A stretch of 64,000 bases of DNA. It comes from Neophaeotheca triangularis. Taxonomy: Eukaryota. Location of the stretch: assembly GCA_054600435.1 (NCBI GenBank), contig BAAIJX010000029.1, positions 186,001 through 250,000 on the forward strand. Direction: 5' to 3'. Below the pieces are notes generated by a model. The model had not been told where the DNA came from. It ran no database searches and saw only the letters and a program-made list of their open reading frames with translations. This document shows, piece by piece, positions 1-12,116 of the stretch (position 1 is its first letter; every line of letters starts with the position of its first letter). The translations under genes were made by a program, and so were the position numbers.

Positions 1-1198
1 AACGACCAACGATGGTGGGAATGGTTGGTATCAGGTTGCAGCCCAGTAAGAGAACAGAAACACTCATTCTCACTGGCCAACGCTACCTCTTGAAGAACCC
101 AGAGCCTCCTGCAAGATGTTAACGCTGTTTGCCTGCACTTTATCATGGGGTGACTTACTGGAACCATGGTAACGCTAGTACATTCAATAGCGCATCTTGA
201 TACTGCGTTGTCAAACCTGGGCTGGCTCTCCTGAAACCACCCTGGAAGAGAGCATCCGAGAAATCCCCTGAATTTCCAAGTGCGGCGGTATTGGTAATGC
301 GATGCGTCAGTTCCCTGACTGCCACTGCCACCAGTGAAGCGTCGTGTTCGCCAAGGAATATGAGATTCCGGCGACTTCGCCGGTATATCAAGCCCATGAG
401 TTTGATCTGACTGCTTTTCTCTACGTTGTCCTCCTGAAGGATGCAGATGGCGTCGATCCAAAGCATGCGGTCGTGTCTTTCATCTCGCATACACCTCAGC
501 GCTGCGTAAGAACTGGCTGGTACGTCCGTTGGCATGAAATCTTCTCGTGTGCCCACAGGGGTGTCTACGAGGAATATAGTCTCTCGACTTGTGGCGTCGC
601 CCCAAAAATAGGATATCGTCTCGTAACTAGCCGAAGCAGCCATATCCACGTACACGAACCTTGCGCGAATTGGTTGGTCCCAACGGCCAGCTAGCACTTG
701 CAGTAACCTAATCTCCTTTCTCCGAACACGAAGGGGTCGATATGGTGGGGCTTTGCAGGCTTTCCATACGTATCTCCTGGATCGAATCTCCGCGAGCAAG
801 GTTGACCCATCGAACAAATGTATATTCGTGTGGAACACGTCGAGGACCGAAAGAGAAGAAGGCGTTAACTCAGGGTACGTTGCAACTGCTAGCAGCCTTC
901 CTTCGAGCGGAACTTCACCATGTATCCATGAAGTCAGTGGTAGGGACAAGCATCTCTCGTAAAGGCGAACGCCTTTGCTCTCTACGCTCATGCGTATGGT
1001 GGCTTCACCATCGTTCTGCTTGAATAGTCTTGCCGACAACTGATTCTCCTCCCCGTATTTTATGTTAGCAGGCTTTAGTATTGTCTCAAAACCAAACGAA
1101 AATCTGGGAAAGGGAGTGTAACAGATACCGGATTCATCGACGTAGGTAAATTCCACGCTCCGGCGTCGGACGGGAGCTCTACGCGGAAGCGAGGCCAT
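1..1198 (-). CDS. HET (heterokaryon incompatibility, HET-6-like) domain protein; 3' end runs off the window
   Basis: Likely ATG at 1198 (MASLPRR). HET motifs EIRLLQV, YETISYFWG, LWIDAICILQED..EKSSQIKLMGLIY. Intron 158-109 (GTAAGT...TTAAC...CAG) restores WFQRLWVLQEVALA. Confidence 0.9.
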
Positions 1199-1499
1199 GC
1201 TCTTGCCGAAAAAAAAAAAAAGGAATGGAAGACAGGAACGCGCTCGGAGCTGGCAGTTCAAGACTGTTATAGGCAGGTGCTGCAGGCTGCAGCGACAGCT
1301 CCACGCCACTTCGCTTGAGCTGTTCGCTTCGCCACAATGCATGCATGTCACAAGGCCAACGAAAAAAATGCAAACCAACCTTGGCTAGTAAATACCTATA
1401 CCATACCCACTTCGAGACCAACTTGAAGATCCACCAAACACGACCATGTGCCAAAAAAATAAAAACTAGGGAAGAAAAGAAAAAACACCTCAAGCCTGC

Positions 1500-2500
1500 T
1501 GCGTTCCAAAACCAAGAGTAAGGCGCCGGCACCGCCACTCCACCCTGGAGGTACTCCGTAGCATGAGTGCGACAAGTAAAAGTGCTAACCGAGCCCAAGA
1601 CCTTGGGAGCAACGATCCGGGTGACAATGCTTGTGACGGTGACAACGCCGCCACCTGAGCAGCTGGGGCTGGTGATTGTCGCCCCGGGAGCGGTGGATAT
1701 TACGGTTTCGCTACCGATGGTGATTGTGATGATCTCGCCGGGGAGGGTGATTGCCTCGGCGGGGAGGATGCTGGTTTCGTAGAAGGCTTGGCCGCCGCTG
1801 GTGACGGGTTCGACGATGGCCGGGGGTGAGGGAATGGCTATTGTGACGACCTGGGAGATTCTGATTGGGATGGTGGTTGTGGTTACTGCGGTTGTGCTGG
1901 CGGTTGCTAAGAGGCAGATGATACTGACGACGGTTGAGACGCCGTAGGTGGAGGTGAAGGTCTCGCCGGGGAAGCGCAGGTCGAGATTGCCGTTGAGACG
2001 TGGTAGACGATGGAGGCGATGATACGGCAGCCGGTGCCAGGCCCAGTGCCAGGCCCGATACCGGGTTCATTGTAAACAGTAGTAGGAAGACTATGTTTCC
2101 AAGTAACGCCATAACCTCTAAAAGTCGACACAGACCCAGGTATAGAAGTAACGTAACGGTCTTATCAATCGCAAAATCCCCGTCAAATTACGACTCGGAC
2201 TCAACAACCTCCTACTTCACGAGCCAGACCGCCGAGCAAGACTAAGCTGCCCTTGAGCAGGCAATTTACGGCATTTGATCGCTCAGCGAACTTTTACCCA
2301 TGCACTGAGATGATCGGGAGTAATGCAGCGTGTTATACGTATTACAGGGGGTGAAGGCGGCGAGGGAGTCTCGGGTGATTGCGTCGATTGTGGTGTCGTT
2401 GTAGAGGATGCTGCAGTTGATGACATAGGCCATGCCCATGTTGCTAACGTGAGTGGTGCCCTCTCGGGTCAGCTCAGGAGGTTGAGTAATCCCCTCGGCC
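1500..2500 (-). pseudogene. Frameshifted, decayed 3' half of the S/T-rich surface-protein gene
   Basis: Protein-like segments continue in shifting frames: ITQPPELT..YVINCSILYND..SSQCMG, NCLLKGS, PTTVYNEPGIGPGTG..STAISTCAS, PGETFTSTYGVSTVV..TITSPSCSGGGVVTVT..STFTCRT, separated by stops and frameshifts. Confidence 0.55.
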
Positions 2501-4012
2501 TGTAATGGTCGTGGCAGGGCCTGCGTCGGCAGGTGTTGCGCTCGTGCCACTGTTTACGGGAATTTGGTTGTAGGTCATGCTTTGGCCGTTGCCGTCTGTG
2601 GTTTTTACAACTTGGCCGTCTGGTTGAGACCGTCCGTTGATGATGAGGCTGCCTGGGGCTGGGCAAGTTAGGGGTACGCCGCAGGATGAAACCGTGGTTG
2701 TGGTGTAGACTGTCGTAGTTCCGGTGCCAGGCAGGGGAGCATACGTCGGGCAAGTTGGGTTCGGCGTACGACTTGAAGGTGTCGTAGGTGTTGATGGCTG
2801 AGCGCCACTTGTAGTCGTGTAAGAACCAATTGACAACGAAGTGAAGAAGCCGCCAGAAGAAGCGGTATAAGTTACCGTACTTTCAATTGTAATCGTGGCC
2901 CCAGAACTCAGAGCTGCACTATGTATTAGCAAACATCACTGATGTCGTTGCGAGGGCGTAACTTACAAAGCGTGCTAGTGGCCGAAGGCGCAACAGTAGC
3001 AGGATCTTCGGAAGAAACTTCAGTCACCGTGTCCACGGAAGTCGTCACGACAGGATCCAGGGGCACCGAGGGGCTCGAAACAACAGGGCCAGACGTTGCC
3101 ACCGTAGCAGGCGTGGTCGGTACGACCCCACTCACAGGAAAACTCAAAGGCGGATCATTGCGAAGAAGCGGCTGGGCGGCGACACTACCAGGCTGCGCCA
3201 CCACCTGTCCGATGACTTCGGTGAAAAGCTGGCAGTCCGTCTCAAAGAAGTTGAAAGCCAGACATAATACAGTCTGATCGCACAGGAGCTGGCACTCGTA
3301 GAACGTGGAGACGGTGGCACGCTTCTTGACACTGACCTCTGAGCGTCTGTCAAGATTGTCAAGGTCCTCAAGATCTGGAAAGTTCACCGTATCGAGGTAG
3401 TCGGTATCAAGGATTGTACCGGCCCAAGCGAAACCGCAGCTATAGGCGTAGTCGTTCCTGTTGACGCTCGAGCAGGTGCCGCTGGCGATTAAGCAGAGTT
3501 CTTCGGCTTCTATGGGACATAGAGGAGCTGTGCTCGGTGCTGGGGAGCCTGCCGTGCTTGTTAGCCCACTCTGCGCTGGGTTCAAGCTGTCTGCTGTTGA
3601 ACTTGGGGGAGAAACAAGCGGGCTCGTGGGAGTGGAACTGATGGATAGAGGTGGGCTGGATGCGCCGCCGGGTATTGAGCTCATGAGCTGAGCTGGGCTA
3701 GATGCGCCGGTGACCGTCGAGATGACGTCTGGGTTGCTAGTTGCGAGCGACGACGGCTCGGCAGTAACAACCAACGAAGTCACCGAGCCAGATAGCGACT
3801 CAGACCAAACAGTCGGCGGGCCAACTTCCAGGCTGAAAACAGCCGAAGTCCTATATGAATTTGACGAAGGACGTCTTCGAAGCTTGGAGCGAGGAGATTA
3901 CAAAGAGAAGGCTCGCACCTGGGTTATTCTGCGCAGCGACGAAGACAAGAGACGAGAAGCAAAGAAGCGTTGAGAAGGTAGTCCTCCTAGAAGCGAACCG
4001 CGAGGCCGACAT
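2474..4012 (-). CDS. Secreted/cell-surface Ser/Thr/Pro-rich protein with a Cys-containing PAN/apple-like domain; appears truncated
   Basis: ATG 4012 with a hydrophobic signal-like segment (FSTLLCFSSLVFVAA). S/T-rich exons. CQLLCDQTVLCLAFNFFETDCQLF resembles a PAN module, preceded by a KKR Kex2-like site. Intron 2966-2914 (GTAAGT...GCTAAT...CAG) is in phase; the first intron junction (donor 3918) is uncertain. Confidence 0.65.
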
Positions 4013-4510
4013 TGCAGTGTGAGGCGAGCTGCAAGTGGATGTGTCTGTTGTAGTAGAAGTTGGCGACAAAAGGTTACTCTCACCACTGGATGGGCGGAGC
4101 GAATCGATGCTTAGAGGAAGCCTTGTACACGTCTGTTGTTTTCATTGTTGCATTCCTCGGCTTCGTCCGTGGGTTGGACCGACATTCCTAGATTGAAAGC
4201 TTCAAAATGCCCCCAGGCCATGGGACGATGCCATACTGACTATCACCATTGCATTCCTCGCTCGTTCTTTGATTTGATTTTCGGAAAGTTGCAAAGTCTT
4301 GTCTTCGCAAAGCTGCTTCATACAATCGTAATGAGCACTTCAGCCGTGAGCCCTAAGCCCATGGCCCGTATAGCTCCTTATGTGTGCCACGATGCTTTTT
4401 CGCATCAACTGTACCAAGTCGTGAGTCCAGAATTGGCCACGCTGATCAAACCATGAACTTGCCCCGCCAAGTATACACACATGTACATTCATCGCACGCA
4501 ATCTTCCAAA

Positions 4511-5458
4511 TCATGGAGATCCAAACCTCTTTCCAAACTCCTCGAAGATCTTGGGCGTAATCTCATCCGAACTATTGCCCTGCACCTTCCACAAAACGCC
4601 AAGCTTATCGTAATGCTCGAGCAAACTCCTGCTGTTGTCTTCAAAACCCTTCAGCCTCGCTTTCCATACCTCGGGCTTGTCGTCATCTCTTTGTATGAGG
4701 GGTTCGCCGGTAAGGTCGTCTTTGCCGTTCTCTTTAGGAGCGTTGTACGTGGTGTTGTATACGCGCCCAGATCGCGGATGTATCCAGCGATTGCAAATGC
4801 GGTCCAATATGATCTCCGTCGGCGTGTGTATATGGATCACCATATTGATGGGTATCAGAGAATCAAGCTGGTCTGCTTGCCCTGCTGTTCGTGGGAAGCC
4901 ATCGAGTATGAAGGATGCCGAAGGATGAGTCGAGTACGTGTACTCGGATTCTCGCTCGGAAGGAATAGTAATAAAACTGTCATCGTGGGGTTCGTGTGCT
5001 AGTCCTCGCGACTCGCTTGTGCCGTCTGAACCATAGCCTGTTGTCATGGAATTGAGATTGTATGCAGGCGCGTGCCCGTCCTTCGGATACAACCAGCCTT
5101 TGGTCGTGAGCGTGTTACGAATTAGTCGCAGAATCATAGAATCTGGGACGAGTTCACCGCGCTTCATGATCGACTCGGCTTGGACACCTACCAATGGCTC
5201 AATCAGTATGGAGCGCTTTCCGAACGCTCGAAGCAATGCGCATACCTAAAGGAGTTTTATTCCTAACATTCTCCCGCAGGAGATCGCCGGAACTGATCGA
5301 GGATAGCTGAGTGTAGCGATTGAGCATGCGCTCGGTTTGGGTCTAGCACCAAATCAGCATTCGCGATCGACTTGAATCACGGAGGAAGCTTCACGCACGC
5401 CTTTTCCGACGCCGGGTGCGCCGACCAATATAAGCCTTGCCGCTTTCTTCAAAGTCAT
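4511..5458 (-). CDS. ADK2: Mitochondrial GTP:AMP phosphotransferase (adenylate kinase 3 type)
   Basis: Exon 1 MTLKKAARLILVGAPGVGKG (P-loop), exon 2 ISSGDLLRENV, exon 3 GELVPD, FILDGFPRT, RWIHPRSGRVYN, GEPLIQRDDD. Two canonical introns. Confidence 0.93.
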
Positions 5459-6385
5459 GATGATAGATATGTGGTATGGTCAAGAATGTGCAATGTACAA
5501 CAAGCACGCGCGAGTGGTCGAGAGAAAGTTGTCGGTAGACCAATTGGGGCCCGAGTATGCGCTCGGCTAGCTGCTATCGTACATCTTTCTGGCGGTTGAA
5601 GGGAAGAGTAGGAAGTGGGCGGGGGGGTCGAGTCGCTGTCGGGTAGGGTTGGGGTCGGTGGTGGCCTTCGTAGGGCACTGGAGGCAGTCGTCACCTGCGC
5701 ATACGTCTGGTAATATGGGTGCAGGTACTTTCTCTCTGTTCACAGTAGAAACAAAAATAACGTACAAATGATTTAAATGCCCAACAGGGCGGCACCTTGA
5801 TATTCTCCGAGTCTCGTCTGGCTCGAGTGCGGAGGAGGTGCGGAGTGCGGTCGGCCCAGGTCGGACTTCGGACTGGCAGCGTTCCGACCGAACTCACGTG
5901 ACGGCTTTTTTCCTAGGAAGATTCCGGAACAGAAGTAGTAGGCAACATACTATGTACTTACTACCGCGCCTGTAGACAGCCGAGGTGTTTGATAGGTAAG
6001 GTAGTGTCATTAAATTGATGTCTAGTACCCAGGATACCTCCTACAACCATAATCCAGTAGGTAAGCAAGTAAGGTACCTAGGTAATTACCACCGGCGGCC
6101 TGAGGCATGAACCGAACAAATACCTGGGCGTACGAATCTAGAAGCGGATCTACGTAAGGTACACAGACAAGCTTCGTCAAGCTGCAGGAGACTCCCGCCT
6201 CGAACTTTCTAACAAGACTGATCTCACTGCAAACACTACTCCTTCCCTCATCTTTCAACACTTCTCTTCCTGCACCATCACTACAGCTTTACTTCGTAAT
6301 ATCGATCATCTGACACTTCTCAACACCTCAAGTGTATTGACTTTTTAATCAGCTCTCTGCTGGCCGGCCCAGCTAACACCAAGAA

Positions 6386-8041
6386 ATGTCGTTTCGAACC
6401 GCTTCCCAGCTTGCCGCCCCTTTACTACTACGGAATGGCAACCGGGTCGCCTTCCAAAGAGCCTCAAGATTACCTCGACACGTCCCTGCGCTCGCCATAC
6501 TAGTACCTCAAAGAGGAATTGAAACCGGAACGTCGACAAATCAGAGTGGCAATGGAAACTACCCGCCCCCTGGCTTCAACGCAGAGGAGGCGAAGAAGCC
6601 CATTTCCCAAGGATCGCAAAAGGACCCTTCCAGCACAGGAGCTCAGAAGTCGTCGAAGCCGTCTGATATCAACATACCAGCATCAAAGCCGAGCGCCCAA
6701 GCGCCCACTAGCGCCGAGGAGCAACGAACGCTCGACGAGCTAGCAGCCGAAAAGGCCGCGGCGGACAAGGCAGAGGAGAAAAAGGTGGCAAAGAAGGAAG
6801 AAGAGAAGAAGAAGCTCACGTTAGGCCAAAGGATCAAGAAGGAGGCGCAGCATTACTGGGATGGCACTAAATTGCTCGCAACTGAAGTCAGGATCAGCAG
6901 CAAGCTTGCTCTTCGCATGGCAGCAGGCTACGAACTCACACGCCGTGAACATCGTCAACTCCACCGCACAGTGCAAGACCTTGGCCGCTTGATTCCTTTC
7001 AGCGCATTCGTGCTCGTTCCGTTTGCCGAGCTTCTGCTGCCTGTCGCCTTGAAGCTCTTCCCTAACATGCTTCCTAGCACCTACGAAGGCGCGAAGAGCA
7101 AGGAATCCAAGGCAACGACTTTGCGCTCGACCCGAAAGGAGGTCTCAAACTTCTTGCGTCAAACACTTCGCGAGTCCGGTATCCCGGTGAGCGCAGCCAA
7201 TGCCCAGCGTGAGGAATTTACGGAGTTCTTCCGTAAGTTGCGCGCAACGGGTGAATCGCCGACAAAGGCCGACGTTATCAAAGTCTGCAAGATCTTCAAG
7301 GACGACTTGACACTGGACAACTTGTCGCGCCCGCAGTTGGTAGGAATTTGCAGATACATGAACCTTGCGACATTCGGCACGGATACCATGCTGCGGTATC
7401 AGATCCGTCACCGCATGCGTCAAATCAAGCGCGACGACAAGGCTATCAGCTTCGAAGGTGTCGAGAGCTTATCCGTTCCCGAGCTTCAGACCGCGTGTGC
7501 TGCTCGTGGGCTTAGGACACACGGCATGAGCCCTGGCAGACTACGTGACGATCTTGGTCTCTGGCTGGACCTGCGTCTCAAATACGGGGTGCCCTCTACC
7601 CTGTTGGTATTGAGCAATGCTTTCATGTACGCTCAAGGCAAGGAAACAGAGTTTGACTCGCAGATCGACGCTCTCCAAGCCGTCCTCTCCTCCATTCCCG
7701 AGGAGCTGTTCCACGAGATCGAGCTCGAGGTGCACACCGCCGAAGGTGCTGCGACCAATAAGCAGCGTCTGGAGGTTCTTAAGGAGCAGCAGGAACTCAT
7801 CGAGGAGGAGAAGGAGCAAGTCGAGCAACAAAAGGAGGGAGGTCGTGAGGCTCAAAGTGTGAATGACCGCGAAGACATTGACGAGAAGGAGGAAGAGGTC
7901 AAACAGGAACAGGCCTTGGCAAGCCAGAGCGAGGGCACAGCAGCCACTGGCGAGGACGAAGACGCCAAGATGAAGATTGACGAGTCCTCAAAGTCTGAAG
8001 AGAAGAAGGCCGAGGAGCCGAAAGAGGAGCAAAAGAAATAA
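6386..8041 (+). CDS. MDM38: LETM1/Mdm38 mitochondrial inner-membrane protein
   Basis: 551-aa ORF with a basic presequence, HYWDGTKLL, LTRREHRQL, PFAELLLPVALKLFPNMLPSTY and LTLDNLSRPQL. Confidence 0.95.
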   Translation: MSFRTASQLAAPLLLRNGNRVAFQRASRLPRHVPALAILVPQRGIETGTSTNQSGNGNYPPPGFNAEEAKKPISQGSQKDPSSTGAQKSSKPSDINIPASKPSAQAPTSAEEQRTLDELAAEKAAADKAEEKKVAKKEEEKKKLTLGQRIKKEAQHYWDGTKLLATEVRISSKLALRMAAGYELTRREHRQLHRTVQDLGRLIPFSAFVLVPFAELLLPVALKLFPNMLPSTYEGAKSKESKATTLRSTRKEVSNFLRQTLRESGIPVSAANAQREEFTEFFRKLRATGESPTKADVIKVCKIFKDDLTLDNLSRPQLVGICRYMNLATFGTDTMLRYQIRHRMRQIKRDDKAISFEGVESLSVPELQTACAARGLRTHGMSPGRLRDDLGLWLDLRLKYGVPSTLLVLSNAFMYAQGKETEFDSQIDALQAVLSSIPEELFHEIELEVHTAEGAATNKQRLEVLKEQQELIEEEKEQVEQQKEGGREAQSVNDREDIDEKEEEVKQEQALASQSEGTAATGEDEDAKMKIDESSKSEEKKAEEPKEEQKK

Positions 8042-9199
8042 GCAAGTGTACGATGAATACATTCTGGCATGTGAGCGTAAAGGTGGGACTGGCGTTCTAG
8101 TTTGCCCGGCGTGACCATCGCATAGGGGGCTGAAATGGGATGGACGGTCGACTCGCTGCTCAGCGACTATTTCCCTTTGATTAAAGAGATGTATTACTTG
8201 AAGAAGGTAGCCCCTTCTCCACTTGACTGAACTAAATTTCAACGACCTCCATGCCCGAGGGTGGTACTTCTCGATATTCTGTCTTTGACCCGTACTTTCG
8301 TAGGTCCGCTTTCTATCTTGAAGCTTCATTCGGTTCACCAAACGTTCTTAACTTTTCTCCTACCAAGGTCACTCACTGCATATAAGGTTATGTTTATGGT
8401 TGCGGCTATCCCGTGCCGGCATGCCATCACACCACAACATACCCACCCATCTACCTAACATACTACCTACCCTTTAACCCCTCGCCCACGGCCAATGCAA
8501 ACACGCCAAGAACATCTCGTTCACTAATCCAAGATTTCCTGACCGTCAGGCTCGCGTAAATCTGAGCGTGTCCCTTGCCCAGAAGCACAAACCAAGTTAA
8601 ACTGCCTCCTCCAAATAATGCGGACACGCCGCGCCAGACGACGGCACCGCTTCTTGCTCATGGCACAGATTGCTGTCCGTCAAGCTTATCGACGGGTTTC
8701 ATTGAGACTCGAGCTCGAGCAGGCTCTCGAGGAAGATTCCGAGTCTGACGTGGCCCCTGGCCCTCATGGAGAGGATCGACGACAGCACGATCTGGCACCG
8801 AAGCAGCCTTCACGGCATAGTAGTTCTCCAACTAAACGACCAGTGGGAGACCTCAATGAGACGTACAAGCCAGGCTGACTTCCTTTTCCGCTCGTGCCCC
8901 AAGCTTCCACGACAGACCTATAGGGGAGGCGCCTCTGGAGCCTTCAGCGCCCTCAGATGAGGAGAAAGGCAAGCCCGCTCGTAGCACACAGGAGAGGGCC
9001 TCAGCTCACCGTCAGAAGCGGGACAGACACGCCTCTGTTAGTTCTGGTGGGGGGTTCCGGGTGTGCAAATTCGTGCATAGGCGCAGGCTCAGGGCTTCTG
9101 GGTGAACAAAGTACAAGATCTGGTACATGATATGCATGTATTTGTACATATAAATATACTGTACAAAGCTTCTTGCCATGAGCTTAGCTTCACATCACT

Positions 9200-10519
9200 C
9201 TACTTCCCAGCTCTCTTCTGCTGAGCCTGCTGCGCAGCCTGACTGGGCAATAAACTCTGCACCTTCTTCAAAAACCTCTCTCCATCATCGCTCAAATATG
9301 TTCCATTCTTCAGCGTCATTCTCGCGATCCCGTCCAGCACCGGCTGCTTCGGGTACTTGGACTTGCCAGACAAGAGTCCCTCCTCGTCGTACTTGCCCTT
9401 CACCATCTTGTCTACGGTAGCTTCCCGCACAGCTTCCGGCAACGGCGCGAAGTCAAAGTTGATAGGCTCGAGGGGCTCGTCCTCGCCCTTCCGCTTGGCA
9501 ATGATGCGGCCTCTGCGTTCAGCAATCTCTCTCGCAGCCGCTATCACTGCGTCCTTCTCCTCGTGGCTTTCAAAGCGGATCAAGCCGCCGTTGAGGAGTT
9601 TTTGCGCCAGATAGGGTGGATGGCGGAAACCGTCCTGAGTCGGTTCGGCAATAATCCTGATGCGGTCTTCCACCACACCTTCGAAGTTGTTCGCAACAAT
9701 GATAGATCCGTTCTGGCCGAGTTGGAGGAAACCTTCCCTGGTGGTCGGGTCCGCGCGAGCCGGGACACTGCCAACTTCCTGCCTGTCGAACTGTTCCAAC
9801 AGATTGAGCTCATATTGCCTCGAATAAGGACCCGATCCCTCGTCATCCGCATCCTCGTCATCCTTGTCCTCAATTAAATCTTCCTGCTTTGAAGCTGATC
9901 GGAACCCTTTCGACGGCCTAGCAGCCCTCCTATCAGTATCCACCTCGACCTCCGTCGGGAACACGGAACCCGCATCGCTCGTTCCCCTGACTGTAGAACT
10001 GTACCGACGATCCATGTCATCCGCATCGTTCTTCACATTGCGGGCCGCGCTCGCATTGCTCTGAGCACCGGGTCCTTCTTGCTCGTAGCTGTAGTTTTCA
10101 CCCATGGCACCGCTGCCCACGCCCTCGCCAACGGCTTCCGGATCGATGGTCCTTCCACGTATGCTAGGCTCATGAGAGGGCTCCTGTCCAGAGGTCCTGC
10201 CCTTGGGGTCACCGCGAGCGAGCATGTTCACTTCGTCGGAGATTCGTGCGCTGCGTTGTTGGCGGGTGGAGCCTCGGTTGGGTGCTGGAAATAACTGTCA
10301 GGGCATTTCCTAGCTTCGCCTTGGTAGCATTGTCGTCTTACTATTGATCGGTGTACCCCTGTCATTGCCTACATCACCCTTGTTGTCGTCCTGCTCACCA
10401 GCCGCTCTCTGCTGCGTTGCATGGAAACACCGAACGCATTGCCCGCTTCGTAGACGCGCATTGCGCAAAGCAATACGCTCTGCCGCACTCAGTGCCGCAA
10501 TCGATGTTTTGCGATACAT
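9200..10519 (-). CDS. Hypothetical protein with a predicted mitochondrial presequence
   Basis: Arg-rich N-terminus with RCFHAT. An intron (GTAAGA...CTGAC...CAG, about 10341-10285) joins in frame to the 343-aa ORF. The C-terminus (NGTYLSDDGERFLKKVQSLLP) looks globular. Confidence 0.75.
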
Positions 10520-10750
10520 TTTGTTGTTCTGTCACTCTTTCTCGTCCCGACGAGTCGTTCATGGGATGTAGTGCAGCTTCGCGCCAAGCCCGCAACCGGC
10601 CGGGCTTCCCCTTTGGGTAACGATGGTGACCTGACCTGACTTCATGGCGCGAACGCGACTTCAAGTAAACATTACGAACATACGCTACCAACACACGTTT
10701 GCTATATAAGAATACCCGAAACACCTTAACAAACGCCATCACCACCAACA

Positions 10751-11026
10751 ATGCTATCCCGCCCCCCAACAAAGCTCACCCTCACCCCCGACGACATCAC
10801 AGCCTACGAGGAACGCAAAATCGCGCGCGATGCAATGCGTGATCAACAGCGGGCGCAACAGCAGACACACGTTACTAGCTCACAAGACAGCAACCAGAGC
10901 ACTGTCGAAAATGGCGGGGATGAAGATGTCGAGATGACGCCGGCCGAACAATCGCGCGTTGCGAGGCTGAGGGCTAAGAGGGAGAGAGAGATGCGGATCG
11001 GAGTTGGGGCGGGTCCTAGAGGTTGA
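10751..11026 (+). CDS. CDC26: Anaphase-promoting complex subunit Cdc26/Hcn1 family
   Basis: N-terminal MLSRPPTKLTLTPDDITAYE matches the Cdc26 MLRRxPTxIxLxxEDIxEYE signature; 91 aa with a disordered tail. Confidence 0.8.
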   Translation: MLSRPPTKLTLTPDDITAYEERKIARDAMRDQQRAQQQTHVTSSQDSNQSTVENGGDEDVEMTPAEQSRVARLRAKREREMRIGVGAGPRG

Positions 11027-11205
11027 GAGGGATTTGAAGTGTCTCTGGGGAGGCCTGTTTAGCGGGTTATTCCCAGATGGTCAATCGTACGCTCGAGCAC
11101 CTCGAGCCCCTTCAGCATCTCAGCCAACATCGAAGTGGCTACTATGGTGGGTACCCTGAGCGTCCGAGCTAGCAAGACAGCTACGCCCGCCATCAAGGAA
11201 ATCAA

Positions 11206-12116
11206 TCAATCAATCGTCCATTCCGCGCCCCAAAAATCGACAACATTCCGATACGCCTGCTCCCCCAGCAAAACCCGCAAATCCTCAAGCCTACCCTCAA
11301 CACCAGGTCCACCACCAGACACCATGCTCGAACCCTGCATTTCTCTAGAATCCGCCGAAAAGAATCCCGCCTCTGTCTCTGGAGTTACAGACGTACACGC
11401 CACCGCCAGATCCCTCAACCGAGGGAAAATGTCCGAAAGAACGTAGGCGTGCTCTTGGCTCATGGGTGGATCCGCTGTGCAGAGCTTCAGCAGCTCGAAA
11501 GGTGCAGTCGCCGGAGCTGGCTGGCGCTTCGCTCTGCTGTAGCGGGCCGCCATGGCTGTGGCGTGCTTGCTGAGAAGGTCTGCCAGCCCTTCGAGCTTCG
11601 CGAGTGGGAGGGTGGGAATGTGGGGGATTTCTTGGTCATTATGGATCAGGACTTGGAGTTGTGTGAAGGCATGTATGCCTGCTAGGCCTGTTTGGTGCGG
11701 GTCGTTGTCGTGGGCGACTTGCTTGGCGGTTACGAAGCTGCTAGGCGGCGGTTGGGTTGGCGCTAGTAGGAAAATGATGATGAGGTCTTTGCCGCCTGTG
11801 AGCGAGGCGAAGTGGCGGATGCGTGAGATTGAATTTGTGGCGGCGTTCTCGGTCACTGCGGAGGGTGAGAGGAGGAGGACGCGCAGCTGGTCGGAAGATG
11901 TGGTCTGCCCCGTTCTAGAGTCTATCGTCGGGTTCAGAGGTATGCAGATGTCGTGGGTTTCGAGGCGAGATTCTACAAGCTCTGTCAGACCGAGCACCGT
12001 CTTTCGTGTGCGAGTCGCACCTGCACCATCTTACCGCGCAGGCCAAGACCCCCTGATGACAGGGATGGAATCGAAGATACGAATGAGGGTCGCCGACGGA
12101 GTGTGTGGCAAAACAT
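11206..12116 (-). CDS. Hypothetical protein, possibly Spo16/ERCC1-like (inactive XPF fold plus HhH)
   Basis: 263-aa ORF plus an upstream exon joined by an intron (GTAAGA...CTGAC...TAG); start uncertain (12116 or 12344). Alternating beta/alpha pattern and C-terminal AYVLSDIFPRLRDL..LLGEQAYRNVVDFW. Confidence 0.6.

Noticed and set aside
4920..5090. Roughly 50-aa insertion in adenylate kinase before FILDGFPR
   Set aside because: From recall, similar insertions are usual in filamentous ascomycete ADK2 orthologues; not novel.
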